Positions 33,288 to 46,860 of a stretch of 64,000 nt of DNA are shown one piece after another. A program made the position numbers and the translations under genes. The stretch lies in assembly GCA_012295275.1 (NCBI GenBank), contig CM022665.1, forward strand, positions 47,740,001 through 47,804,000. The letters are read 5' to 3'. The DNA comes from Chrysomallon squamiferum. Its lineage: Eukaryota > Animalia > Mollusca. Position 1 is the stretch's first letter. The number at the start of each line of letters is the position of its first letter. The notes beneath the pieces are model-generated. The model did not search any database and was not told the origin of the DNA. It saw only the letters and a program-made list of their open reading frames with translations.

Positions 33288-36200
33288 CTACAGAGCGGTC
33301 TCCATTACAGATCCTTTCTGACTACTAGACGGCTGATTCTCCTTCTCACTTCTGGTTGAAGGACCTTTGCCTTTTTTTGAATCACTGTCTCCTTCTCCGT
33401 TGTCTGAAAAGAAACCAAGAAATTCTAAAATTTACACACGTCTGACAGCAGTTAAAGCAAAAACTCTTACATATACACACAGACAGTACAGAACACACAC
33501 CTTGACCTTGAGACACAGGGTGGAATGGGAAACAGTCTGGCAGGTGCAGTGATGAGGTTAGATCCTCTACCCCCTGGTTTCTGGAATACATCCTTTATCA
33601 CTAGACTATATCCTAGTTTCTGGGATATATCCTTCATCACTAGACTATATATTAGTTTCTGGGATATATAGTTTCTGGGATATATCCTTTATCACTAGAC
33701 TATATATTAGTTTCTGGGATATATCCTTTATCACTAGACTATATCCTAGTTTCTGGGATCTATTCTTTATCACTAAACTATATCCTAGTTTCTGGGATCT
33801 ATTCTTTATCACTAAACTATATCTTGGTTGCTGGTATATATCCTTTATCACCAAACTGCATCCTGGTTTCTGGGTTATATCCTTTATCAGTAAACTATAT
33901 CTTGGTTGCTGGGATATATCCTTTATCACCAAACTGCATCCTGGTTTCTGGGTTATATCCTTTATCAGTAAACTATATCCCAGCCGTAATTGATGTCAGA
34001 GGGAAAAAAATTAATTGTTTTAAGTGAAGCTCATATATTGCCTTTTTGAACCAAACTGCATCCTGGTTTCTGTTTTATATCCTTTATCAGTATTTATATC
34101 CCATAAAGACATGACTTTGATGTCAGAGGGATAAAAAATTAATTGTTTCAAAAGTGAAGCTCATATATTGCTGCTGTTTGAACCAAGTCTGGGGGTTATC
34201 CAATTGACTTGATAAAGTTCTGTTTATATTGTAATGACACCCTTGTCTGTATTTGCATTTACTTATAAAGACATGACTTTATACAAGAGGGGATATAGTA
34301 TCAAGCCCCAAGGTGCTGTTTCAAAAGTGTGCTATTTATGTTAATTTACTGCATTACTTTGGTCAATGGGAAAATCACTTTAACAGTAGCATTGTGTGCT
34401 AATGCATGTTACTGTACAGTACACAACAGTTTTTATCTGTAATAATAAATTTCAAACCTTTATCCGTTGTTTTTACATCACTCTCTGCTGGCTCAGCTGC
34501 TGTAGATTTTGCTGACTGTTTACCACTTGTATCTGTGTAAGAAGTAAAACACCATGAAAAATTCCGTATTACCAACTTATCACTGTTATAATAAGAACAA
34601 CAGTAATAATAGTTAATATTTTGTAATACACAATTCTGTATTACCAACTTACAACTGTTATAACAACAGTAATAATACAGATAATATTTTGTAATACACA
34701 AGTCTGTATTACCATCTTACAACTGTTATAATATCAGTAACAACAACAGTAATAATAAGTTAGTATTTTGTAATACACAATTGTGTATTACCAACTTACA
34801 AGTGTTATTTGAACTGTAAAGATTTCAAACCTTTTTCAACTTCCACTGTGGCTACTTTGCTTTCTGATGACTCAGACACTGTAGGTTTAGCTGAGTTATT
34901 TTTATCTGCTTTGCTTTTCTGTGACTCAGACACTGTAGGTTTAGCTGAGTTATTTTTATCTGCTTGGCTTTTCTGTGACTCAGACACTGTAGGTTTAGCT
35001 GAGCTGTTTTTATCTGCTTTGCTTTTCTGTGATTCAGACACTGTAGGTTTAGCTGAGTTGTTTTTATCTGCTTGGCTTTTCTGTGACTCAGACACTGTAG
35101 GTTTAGCTGAGCTGTTTTTACCTGCTTGGCTTTTCTGTGACTCAGACACCGTAGGTTTAGCTGAGCTGTTTTTACCTGCTTGGCTTTTCTGTGACTCAGA
35201 CACCGTAGGTTTAGCTGAGCTGTTTTTGTTGGGATCTGCTTTTTACCTGCCGTGGGGTTTTGAGCTGTTTTCTGTGACTCAGACACTGTAGGTTTTTGAG
35301 CTGAGCTTTTCTGTGACTCAGACACTGTAGGTTTTAGCTGTTTTTATCTGCTTTGCTATTCTGTGACTCAGACTCTGTAGGTTTTGCTGAGCTGTTTTTG
35401 TTGGGATCAGCTTTCTTCACATCTTCCCTATGTGCCTCTGAAATGTGATTAAAGTAAAAAGAAACACATTGTTGTTAAATTTATCTGAGTAATAAATATT
35501 TTCTTATTGTTTCATACCAAAGTTAAATGAATGTACAAATACACAAACACATTAAATCAGAATTCTACCTGGTTTCATTGTTCTAACTGCAAGGTGCAGG
35601 GTGGACTGGGAAATAAATATATGAAAGCACTGAAAATGAATGCTGAACTTGTTATTGCCAGGATGAGTGTTCTAAAGCTAATATGTTTCTATAAACCTTG
35701 TTTTATTATTATATTTTGTAACTTTCAAACCTTGATCCACATCCATTGGCTTTACATCACTCTCTGCTGACTCAGCTGCTGTAGATTTTGCTGAATTGTT
35801 TTTGTTAGAACTGGAATCTGCATTTTTGTCTACTGACTGTTTAATACTTGTATCTGTGTAAGAAGTAAAACGCCTTGAAAAATTCTGTATTACCAAGTTA
35901 TAACTGTTATAATAACAACAGTAAAATACAGTTAATATTTTGTAATACACAATTCTGTATTACCAACTAACTGTTATAATAATAACAGTAGTAATATACA
36001 GTTAATATTCTGTAATTCACAGTTCTGTATTACCAACTTATAACTTATAATAACACAGTTAATATTTTGTAATACGCAATTCTGTATTACCAACTTATGA
36101 GTGTTAGTTAAATTGTAAAGATTTCAAACCTTTTTCAATTTCCATTGCAACTGCATTGCTTTCTGATGACTCAGATGCTGAATGTTTTGCTGATCTGTTT

Positions 36201-38667
36201 TTGTCTGAACTGGATTTTTTTGCATCTTCCCTACGTGCCTCTGAATACATGATAAAAAAAACCTAAATTGTTATAAAATTTGTCTGAGTAATAAATATTT
36301 AAATAAAACTTGACAGTGCAAACTTTATTGGATTTTTTGGTCAATGTGCATTACTTGTATATATGTACATAAATAATAGAGTCAAAATAAACAACAACAA
36401 AAAACTGAATCTGAAAAGAATTTCTTATTGTTTCATACCAAAGTTAAATGAATATACAAATACACAAAAATATTAAATGAGAATTTAACCTGGCTAATAA
36501 TGTTATGCATCACTGCTCGTTCATTGTGGGGTGCAGGTTGGATTGGGAAATAAATATATGAAAGCATTCAAAATGAATGTTAAACTTATTATTGCTAGGA
36601 CGAGAGTTCTAAAGCTAATACATTTCTATGCACCTTGTTTTACAACTATTTTTTTATTATTATTATTATTATTATTATATTTTATAATTTTCAAACCTTG
36701 ATCCACATCCATTGGTTTTTCATCACTCTCTGCTGACTCAGCTTCTGTAGATTTTGCTGAATTATTTTTGTTAGAAGTGGATTTTGCATTTTTGTCTGCT
36801 GACTGTTTACCACTTGTATCTGTGTAAGAAGTAAAACACCTTGAAAAATTCTGTATTACCAACTTATCACTGTTATAATAAGAACAGTAATAATACAGTT
36901 ATTATTTTGTAATAAGAAATTTTTTGTAATACACAGTACTGCAATAATATAACAATATAATTTTGTAATACACAATTTTGTATTATCAACTTATAATTGT
37001 TATAACAATACTAATAATACAGATAATATTCTGTAGTTTCTGCTGAGCTGTTTTTGTTGGGATCAGATTTCTTCACATCTTCCCTATGTGCCTCTGAAAT
37101 GTGATTAAAAAAAAGAAACACATTGTTGTAAAACTTGTCTGAGTATTAAACATTTAAATCAAACTTGTGAGTGCAGAATTTTGCTGGATTTTTTGGTTAA
37201 TGTATAGTACTTGTATATGTAATAAATAATATTTTGTAATACACAGTTCTGTTTTTACAAACTTACAAGTGTTATTTAAACTGTAAAGATTTCAAACCTT
37301 TCTCAACTTCCATTTTGTCTGCTTTGGTTTCTGGTGACTCAGACTCTGTAGTTTCTGCTGAGCTGTTTTTGTCTGCTTTGGTTTCTGATGCCTCAGTCTC
37401 TGTAGGTTTTGTTGAGCTGTTTTTGTTGGGATCAGATTTCTTCACATCTTCCCTATGTGCCTCTGAAATGTGATTAAAAAAAAAAAAACATTGTTGAAAA
37501 ACTTGTCCGAGTATTAAACATTTAAATCAAACTTGTGAGTGCAGAATTTTGTTGGATTTTTTTTGTTAATGTATATTACTTGTTTATGTAATAGATAATA
37601 TTTTGTAATACACAATTCTGTTTTTACAAACTTATAAGTGTTATTTAAACTGTAAAGATTTCAAACCTTTCTCAACTTCCATTTTGTCTGCTTTGGTTTC
37701 TGGTGACTCAGACACTGTAGTTTCTGCTGAGCTGTTTTTGTCTGCTTGGCTTTCTGGTGCCTCAGTCTCTGTAGGTTTTGCTGAAATGTTTTTGTTGGGA
37801 TCAGATTTCTTCGCATCTTCTATACGTGCCTCTGAAACATGATAACAAAAATACACTGTTGTAAAACCTGTCTGAGCAATAAACATTTAAATCAAACTTA
37901 TGAGTGTACAAACAAATTTTCTTGCATTATTTTGTTAATGTACAGTGACATCAAGGGCTCTGGTGATACTCAGAGCCAACTTCTTGATTGTATGTCCCAA
38001 AGACTCAAGTACTGAGAAATATTATGAGAAAGGAAGATATTTTGATTATGTTAACTCAGAGAAAACATAAAATAAACACTTTATTCAATTTAAATATAAA
38101 TCAAAGAGATATATTAAGTTCTTTTCTCTGATTTGGAAACCTTCCCATTTGGATGCCCTGCATGACACTGTTAATGTGTGTTACTTGTGCATGTAAACAA
38201 ATACTGAACTTATTATTGCCAGGATGAGTGTTCTAAAGCTAATATGTTTCTATAAACCTTGTTTTATTATCATTATTATATTTTGTAATTTTCAAACCTT
38301 GATCCACATCCATTGGTTTTTCATCACTCTCTGCTGACTCAGCTGCTGTAGATTTTGCTGAATTGTTTTTGTTAGAACTGCATTCTGCATTTTTGTCTTC
38401 TGACTGTTTACCACTTGTATCTGTGTAAGAAGTAAAACACCTTGATAAATCACAAAATAGTGAAATCAGTGAATAACTGACTATATCTATATTTCAGTTT
38501 ATATTTCCATGATGTGTTTAGCAAGAGAGATAAAAAGAGATATACAAGTAATATACATTAACAAAAAGATTAACTTTTTAAAAATCCTGTACTTATTACT
38601 GCTAGAATGAGAGTTCTAAAGCTAATACATTTCTGTACACCTTGTTTTACAGCTATTATTATTGTTA

Positions 38668-38703
<36 letters not shown>

Positions 38704-41700
38704 TTTCAAACCTTTATCCACATCCACTGGTTTTTCATCACTCTCTGCTGTCTCTGCTGCCGAGTTGTTTTTGTCGGACTCTGAATTCTCATTTTTGTTC
38801 TCTTTGGTCTCTGCCTGTTTCTGACTTGTACCTATTGATCAGAAATAAAGACCAAAAAAAAAAAAAAAAAAAAAATGAAAATCAGAAGTTAGTTTTTCAC
38901 ACTGTACAGTTATCCTGAGGTATAAAGCAATCTTACTGTATTTGTTTACTCTAATTTTCATTTTAAACATGCTTTCTGACACTAATACTAACTGACCAGA
39001 ATCTGTGGCAGTGACTTTCTCTACTGGAAAGTATTTCAGCATTGTCTCTTCGTACAGCTGTACATCTGGTTTGAGAAACACACAGAATATGACTCTCTCA
39101 ACCTGCAACAGTAAACACTTTGATAATGACAAGGTATTAGCATCATAAACAGAAACAATATCAACAGTAAACACTTTGGAATTGCAAGATAAAAACATAA
39201 TAAACTGAAACACTATCAACAGTGAACACTTTGATAATGACATGATAAAAACATCATAAACTGAAACACTATCAACAGTGAACACTTTGATAATGACATG
39301 ATAAAAACATCATAAACTGAAACACTATCAACAGTGAACACTTTGATAATGACATGATAAAAACATAATAAACTGAAACACTATCAACAGTAAACACTTT
39401 GATAATGACATGATAAAAACATAATAAACTGAAACACTATCAACAGTAAACACTGATAATTACAAGATAAAAACATCATAAACTGAAACACTATCAACAG
39501 TGAACACTGATAATGACAAGATAAAAACATAAATTGAAACACTATCAACAGTGAACACTGATAATTACAAGATAAAAACATCATAAACTGAAACACTATC
39601 AACAGTAAACACTTTGGAATTGCAAGATAAAAACATCATAAATTGAAACACTATCAACAGTAAACACTTTGGAATTGCAAGATAAAAACATCATAAATTG
39701 AAACACTATCAACAGTGAACACTTTGGAATTGCAAGATAAAAACATCATAAACTGAAACACTATCAACAGTGAACACTTTGGAATTGCAAGATAAAAACA
39801 TCATAAATTGAAACACTATCAACAGTGAACACTTTGGAATTGCAAGATAAAAACATCATAAACTGAAACACTATCAATAGTGAACACTTTAATAATGACA
39901 AGATAAAAACATCATAAACTGAAACACTATCAACAGTGAACACTTTGATAATTACAAGATAAAAACATCATAAACTGAAACACTATCAACCAACAACAGT
40001 CAACACTTTAAAAATTGCAAAAACAGAAAAACCACAAACAAATATTATTAATAGAGTCTAACTGAAATATTTTCTCTTATGATAAAAATGTTTTAACACT
40101 AACCTCATCAGCATGTTTCTCTAGAAACTTTCGTACTGTGGACAGAGCGATGTTGACTGCGATTTCACCAGGAAATCCTACAAGTTAAAAATACATCAAG
40201 TTAAATCTCCTTCATGTGAACATACAAAGTCTTGTGAGACATTTTTATTATTACTTTTATTATTTTTTTTTATTTTATTATTTTTTCTTTCTTCTTGGCA
40301 TGGAGATTTCGTTAGTGCTCTTTATACAGACTGTAATGACCTGCATTGATAGGGATTCGAACCCCCAACATACTAATCATATCTCACTATGCATACTGCA
40401 GCATCATATCTCTATCAGTTACAAGAAACACTTCTAAACTGTTGTTCATAACTGTCTAAATGCTACAAATTAAACATTTCCATATATTTAAAAAAGAAAG
40501 AAGCAGCTCCAATTTACTAAAAAATATTTTTTTTAACTTTAACAGTTGATTATAAAAATTAAAAAATTAAAAAAAGAATTCTGCCTACCATAGATTCCAG
40601 TAGAGATACATGGCAGAGCCTGCAGACAGAAAAAAAAGAAGAAGAAAAGATTGAAAAATAAATAACCTTCAAAATTATGTGTGTGATTCTTATCAATACG
40701 TCTAATGTCATATAGTGATGTATAAAATGTGTTGAGGGTATCATTAAATAAAAACATTTCCTTTCTTCACTGCTTCTGTTTTGTTTCATGTTCAAGTCTA
40801 TTTGTAACAGCATAAATAATTATTTTTAAACTTCCAAACAAATGATAAATTTTTGTTCAATTATCAAATTGGATTAACGATAAATTATTACAATTAATAA
40901 TGTAAGAAGACTAAGTATAGTTTCTGAAGTCGACCTTTTGTTTTCTTTTTGTTTAGACACTCTCATTATATTAACAGAAAGTGGATCAGGAAATAACACA
41001 GAAATAAAATAAATACCAGTGATTTTAGTTTGTGTTTCAACATCAGGTCCAAACTTTTGTTGTAACAGCTTCGTAAATTGTCATCACTTTTCTCACCCTT
41101 AGACCTGCCGATAGGACCAACAGTATGAATCACGTCTGTTAAAAAAACAAATAATTAAGAATTAAAACATAAAAACACATAATATACTTACATACAATAC
41201 AGTGTTTATCTAACAAAAGAATGAGAAATTCCATTTTAAGAGTGTTCTGACAAAGCAATGACAATGCTGACACCCTGTGGTAATTAACAAAATTTCTTGT
41301 GACAGTGACAAAATGTTGTTCAAAGTGAAAAATGAAATCCAAAAAATGTTTAATTGTTAAATATCACTTTCTCATCTTAAACCTTTTACCAGTTTACTGA
41401 ATAGGTCTATAAAAATTAAAAGTTTAAATTAAAAAAAATAAATATAATTTAGAAATTAGAAATTAGATATTATAAAAAAAAAAAATAAATAAATAAATAA
41501 ATCAAAAATAAAAAAAAAAAAAAAAAAAAAACAACCCTTTATAAATAGCTTTTATTAATTAATAATCAGTCAAACAGTCAAAACTTTTGGCTTAAAAAGT
41601 TTGTGTGTTTCTGATTGCAAACATTTGCTAATCATAAATGATTGTGTTCACTTACACTTTGCTGGAAGTTTATAACCTCCTGTGATTTTGGCGTCACCTG

Positions 41701-42847
41701 TGTCGCACCCACCCAGTTTTCTACACTCTTCAACCAGGCTCGGGCCAGCAGCAACGTGGATCGCTCCATCAACTAGAAACAAGTTTTGTTTTACAAAAAC
41801 ATTTTCATAAACACGCACAGACACACACAGTCACCCACACCCACCCACAGACACACACAGTCACCCACACCCACACCCAGACACATGCATATACACACAC
41901 ACACATATACACATGCACACACATACACACACAGTCACAAACATATTTAAAAACAACTAAACTAGCCTGATATTTGCTTAAATACAAAAACAGTTTCCTA
42001 ACAAATTACAAAAAAGTATGAAAATATACGCAGGATGATATTTTATCTTTATCATTTTTATTGTGTCATAATTGTCATAATTGTTAAAGCCTCTCACTTC
42101 TCACAGTGTATGTGTTGTAAATCTGAAAATGTTTTTGAAGAACATAAAAAGCAGCATTATTAAAAACGACAAAGAGTATATATATTTTTTTTAAATCAAA
42201 TAATAAAAAATTAAAGTGTGTCTGGTAGTTCATGTATTTTCCTACCTCCTCCACCTCCCAAGAGAGAAGAGTTTGCAGCATTCGTGATGGCGTCTATTTC
42301 TAGTGTGGTGATGTCCCCCTGCCACAATGAGACTTTGTTGTTGATTTTCACATCGACAGTGTACTGCACATCATCAGCTACGTAAATAGCATAAAAATCG
42401 ATCTTCATTACAATTTCATATAATCTAAATTGGTGTTAAGCTTACAAATTCTTTTACAAGTTTATTAATTACAATGTATTTATTTTACATAAGTTTATTA
42501 ATAATACAACATATTTATTTTATATAGTGTTTTTGTTAAAATATACTTTTAAAACAAAAAGAGAAGGTTGTAAAAACAATTTTTCCACCACTGCAGGTAT
42601 GAAACAAAAAGAGCAGAATTTACCATTTTACTGATGCCACCCACAAAACTAAAGAATATTATTTGAAGAATATTATTTCAAAATTAATTCAGACTGATAG
42701 TTAAATAATTATCTTTTTGCTAAATTAAACATTATGCAAATTTACCAGTGCTATTTTGTTTCACAATGTAAAAATACTTCTCCAGACAAACTGATCTGTT
42801 TGAATAATGACTATTTCATGCAGAAATTTTTCAAAAAAACCCAAATA

Positions 42848-42901
<54 letters not shown>

Positions 42902-43321
42902 TAATAATAATAATAATTAATAATAATAATAATAATATATATATGATTATAGTATTGTCTGGACATCTGTCCAAGAAAGTGTGAATTAAAGATTATTAAT
43001 ACTTTCAGATTTGGGTGACTAGTATTTTCTGGACACAGATGTTTAAGTAAAGGATCATTACTTTTATATTTGGCTGACTTTTTCTTCTCAGACTTTTTGT
43101 CTTTGTCAGTTTTTTTCTTTTTTGATTTGTGAATGAAGATGTCGTTGTAGTACTCATTCCACGTCAGAATCTCAGACAGTGCCACATACTTCTTTCCACA
43201 CTTGTACTTCTGTCTCTTTTCATCAAGGCTCATATTTAGGTAGTATTCTGAAATATATATTTAAAAAAACTTTCTCAAGAAAAACTGTTCTCTTACTAGG
43301 TATAAAGGACAATTTAATTGA

Positions 43322-43414
<93 letters not shown>

Positions 43415-44587
43415 AATACATTAAGAATTTAAAATATACATCTTTGATTGAAATGTTGATATAAATAAATTCAGTTCACACTAAGTTTGTTTGAAGGTGG
43501 AGGTAATTTAAGTTTTCCACATTTTTCTAGTCTTGTTTTTTCTTATATATAAAAAAAATTACATCTCCTTAAGACAGAAGTAAATAATATTAAGTTACTA
43601 CTTAGTGTATATACAGAAGCTGAGAAACATTCTCAGATTCCATTGTGTTACTGTTATGTTTAATATGAGGTGTTAGAATTTGATCATGATATCTGTCAGT
43701 CTTTACAAATACTTTATGATTTATTATTTTTGTTTGTTTAGAATGTTTAACATTTTTGTTACTGAAATAAAAACCTTTTTATAACTGTAGTCAAGGCTGG
43801 TGATAATATAAACAGACTGCAAATTGAAAAAAGAACAGAGTAAACAAAAAATAAAGAAAAGGGAAGCAAGTATGAGAAAAAGATTAAGTGAAGGAAAGAA
43901 AAGTGAGATTATGAAGAAAGGTACAAGATGCACATATTCATTAATTTTAACAATTCTCTTATCACATGGATTGAATCCTAGAAAATATCGCAATTTTTTA
44001 AATTTTTTATTTTATTAATTATTTTAATTTTTTGTTTCTACAGATTAGGACCTCTAAATATAAAAGACCTAAAAACATTAATCTGACAGATGATTCTTAG
44101 TTTATGAAGAACTTACCTTTCTCTTCTTTAAAATCTCGTTGCTTAGGCACTTGAGATCTGGTGACATGTTTAGGGTTCAGTTCTCTTTCTTTTGTTGCAT
44201 CTTCTTTAGACTGTTTTTTCTCACTTGACGTACTCTGCTTCTTTTTGTCTTGAAAAACATTACAAATAGCTTAATAAACAAATATACAGATAAACATACA
44301 TATTAGTGTTATTTTAAATATTAATTTCTTTTCCTGCTTTTATTTATTTTTTATATTTTTTTATATTAGTTTTAGTATTTTCATAGTTGTTAATGGCTGG
44401 CATTCCCTCCCTGCAGTAGTGAACCATAGTCTACATTTTTATGGTTTTAAACTGAAGTTAGATTTCAGTTTTGGTTTAAGGAATATTATAATATCCCTAA
44501 GACTGTCAGATTCCTAAGCCAATGTATTATGCAGTAAAGGAACATATAAATCAACAGGTATGGCCTCTCTCTTTATCTCTCTCTCTT

Positions 44588-44630
<43 letters not shown>

Positions 44631-45224
44631 TATTTATATATTTGATACAACTATAAATGTGATTGTACTAACACTGAGAAAACAATGGGATTTGTTGTTG
44701 TTTTGTTGGTTATTATTACTGTTTTATAAGAAAGTAAAATCTGAGTAAAAGAACTTAACATGAAGTAAAAATAATGCTTATATTGTCATAACACTCATTA
44801 TAAATGATTTTTTCATTAATCTGTGGTACATCAAATTGATAAAGCATGGTCACTCAAGCATTTCAATGTCAGTGAAACTGAAAGTTTCTGTTCTTGGAAT
44901 ATGAATCATGAAGTTTAATGATCAATATTTTTACATTTTACTGATTTATAATTTCCATTCTTTCTGAAATAAGAAAAATTAGTAATAGCTAAAACTGCTG
45001 GTTTGGGGTATATGCTAATAAAATGTCTTTATATCATGTCAATAGACAACTTACATGATTTACTTAACTTCATGGTACTTAGAAGCTACTACACTACTAC
45101 TAGCTGTTAGGTTTTTTGTTAGTTTTATTTATAAATGAAACATTCACACCGAAACTAAATTTCTACCTGTCGTTATCGGCTTTTTTGCTGGTTTTGTTGC
45201 TGGTTTTGGCTGTCTGGTTGACAT
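33288..45224 (-). CDS. MACROD2: MacroD-type macrodomain ADP-ribose glycohydrolase (MACROD1/2-like) with a long repetitive Ser/Lys/Glu tail
   Basis: Core exons 45224-45167, 44248-44117, 43247-43062, 42377-42246, 41772-41656, 41135-41017, 40619-40589, 40177-40104, 39102-38997; tail exons 38831-38712 through 34532-34458; last exon 33403-33288 (TAG). Motifs [53 protein letters not shown] and VIFCVF. N-terminal [10 protein letters not shown] resembles MACROD2. Probably co-orthologous to vertebrate MACROD1/2. Confidence 0.92.
33590..33980. repeat. 39-bp minisatellite, ~10 copies, in the last MacroD intron
   Basis: tatatcctttatcactagactatatcctagtttctggga units. Confidence 0.9.
34458..38831 (-). repeat. 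Tandem exon+intron duplication array (type A and type B phase-1 exons)
   Basis: Exons 38831-38712, 38420-38298, 37831-37667, 37462-37298, 36819-36697, 36240-36130, 35853-35731, 35437-34831 and 34532-34458 all end AAG|gtttga. Flanking intron sequence is duplicated too. Confidence 0.88.
34860..35400 (-). repeat. Coding 54-bp tandem repeat (18 aa, [18 protein letters not shown]), ~9-10 copies
   Basis: ctcagacactgtaggtttagctgag recurs with period 54 (e.g. 34871, 34925). Confidence 0.92.
39105..39990. repeat. ~56-bp minisatellite, ~16 copies, directly abutting a MacroD acceptor
   Basis: aaactgaaacactatcaacagt(g/a)aacacttt...gataaaaacatcat with period 56 (39205, 39261, 39317). The array runs up to the AG at 39104-39103. 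Confidence 0.93.
40680..40770 (+). mobile_element. Degenerate SINE 3' tail fragment
   Basis: ...taaaatgtgttgagggtatcattaaataaaaacatttcctttcttc resembles the 3' end of a gastropod SINE as I recall it. A separate box-B-like GGTTCGAATCC lies on the minus strand at ~40353-40363. Confidence 0.35.
43328..43410. repeat. (GA)n microsatellite
   Basis: Pure run. Confidence 0.95.
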
Positions 45225-45463
45225 TGTGTTTTTTGTTACTGTGATATTAAGACGAATTATTTTGAATAGATCTAGACTCCTTCGAAAGTTGTTTTGCATG
45301 GCTTTAATAAGGGAGATAACCACGGTTAACATTAACAGATGCATGTAAACAGTTATAAAACGAGGTTTACCCGAACAACCGAAAACAAACGACATATAAT
45401 TGACTGATCTTGCTCGGGCTAAATTGCTGTCGATATTACAAAATATGTAAGCGTAAATAAAGA

Positions 45464-45509
<46 letters not shown>

Positions 45510-45863
45510 TGACATTTACCCGCGATATTCAATAGGAACGCTTTAAACAATCTTAACAGTAAATGCTCTTACGATACCAAAGCGTTGTTACTGAAATAAT
45601 TATCTATAATTTTCTAGAATATATGCTGATTTAGATCTTAATTATTTTTGATATCAGTATTATTTATTTGATTATTATTAGTAGTATTAGTATTAGTAGT
45701 AGTAGTAGTAGTAGTAATAGTAGTATTAGCAGCAGTAGTAATAATTAATTCTACAACGCCGTTTAGCTTATAATATATAGAGAAGATACTTTGATTTATT
45801 AAAAGGAATAATGATGCGACAAACAGTTCAAAGAATCAAAACTATATTTTGCAATAGCCGCAG

Positions 45864-45899
<36 letters not shown>

Positions 45900-46860
45900 A
45901 ATTAGTTAATTCTACTGCGCCGTTCAGCTTATAATATATAGAGAGGATACTTCCTGATTTATTTTAAAAGAAATGCTGATGTGACAAATAATTCAGTGAA
46001 TTAAATATGTTTTGAATGACAACTGGCTTAATTCGGAAAGACTAAATTTGTTAGAAACTACTGCGGTATACACTGGAGTACCGAATATCCATAATCAGAT
46101 TATGCAGATGTATAAATTGTTAGATAAAAACAAAAAATAAATTAGTTTTTTATATCCGTAATCACATTTTTAACATCCAAAATAAATATAAAATGGCACA
46201 ATCTGTTGACGTCTGCAACTCAATGCATTAAATTACATCTGATCATTTAAAATGTTTTTTTCTCTGAAATTATATTTACATTTGAATGTAATTTGCTGCT
46301 TTATTTTAAATTAGACTATGACTAACTGCATAATTATCAAAATTAGCCAAATTCAAATATAATTATTACAGATAAATTACAAGTATTTTTGGCGGTAAAT
46401 AGAAAAATGGCGTTTATTATAATTATAATTTATCAAGGATCAAAATATGCTGATGGCTTAAATTAATTTAAACTGTCTGAATAACAATAACAGAAAATAA
46501 TAATACTGAGTTTAATAAATATATTAAAAATGTAATAATAAAATAAATCCAATGCCTTTCTACAGATTGTTAAACGTATTTCAGATTTCACCTTTCACCT
46601 TGGGCTATCCCAGCGATCAACGCCACCTGCTGGTAATTAAACCTTGTAAAAATGCCCGTATGTAGCAAGTGCCTAAAAATGGCGTCGCGCTTGTTTATTT
46701 GATTTGCCGTGGTTTATTCAAGAATTGAATGTCTTTGGGTAGGCACTGAATACCGAGTTACCAAAATATATTTAAACATGTTTGTTACATAAATATATAA
46801 ATATTAGCAGGCACGTTTTTATTTTGTTATTCGCGATTCCGTGACCTACTTCGTAGGTGA
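45225..46860. promoter_or_regulatory. Divergent promoter region between MacroD (-) and PAK4 (+)
   Basis: CpG-retaining region with YY1-like AAAAATGGCG at ~46403 and ~46675, and a candidate donor (cgtag|gtgaat) at ~46857 for a non-coding first PAK exon. A ~110-bp direct repeat sits at ~45743-45850 and ~45905-46015. Confidence 0.45.

Noticed and set aside
34809-35325. Repetitive antisense and off-frame ORFs ([12 protein letters not shown]..., [13 protein letters not shown]...)
   Set aside because: They are alternative readings of the stop-free 54-bp coding repeat. Splice phases support only the SESQKS frame.
40345-40370. tRNA T-loop-like GGTTCGAATCC on the minus strand
   Set aside because: No cloverleaf or acceptor stem can be built around it; at most it is a SINE remnant.
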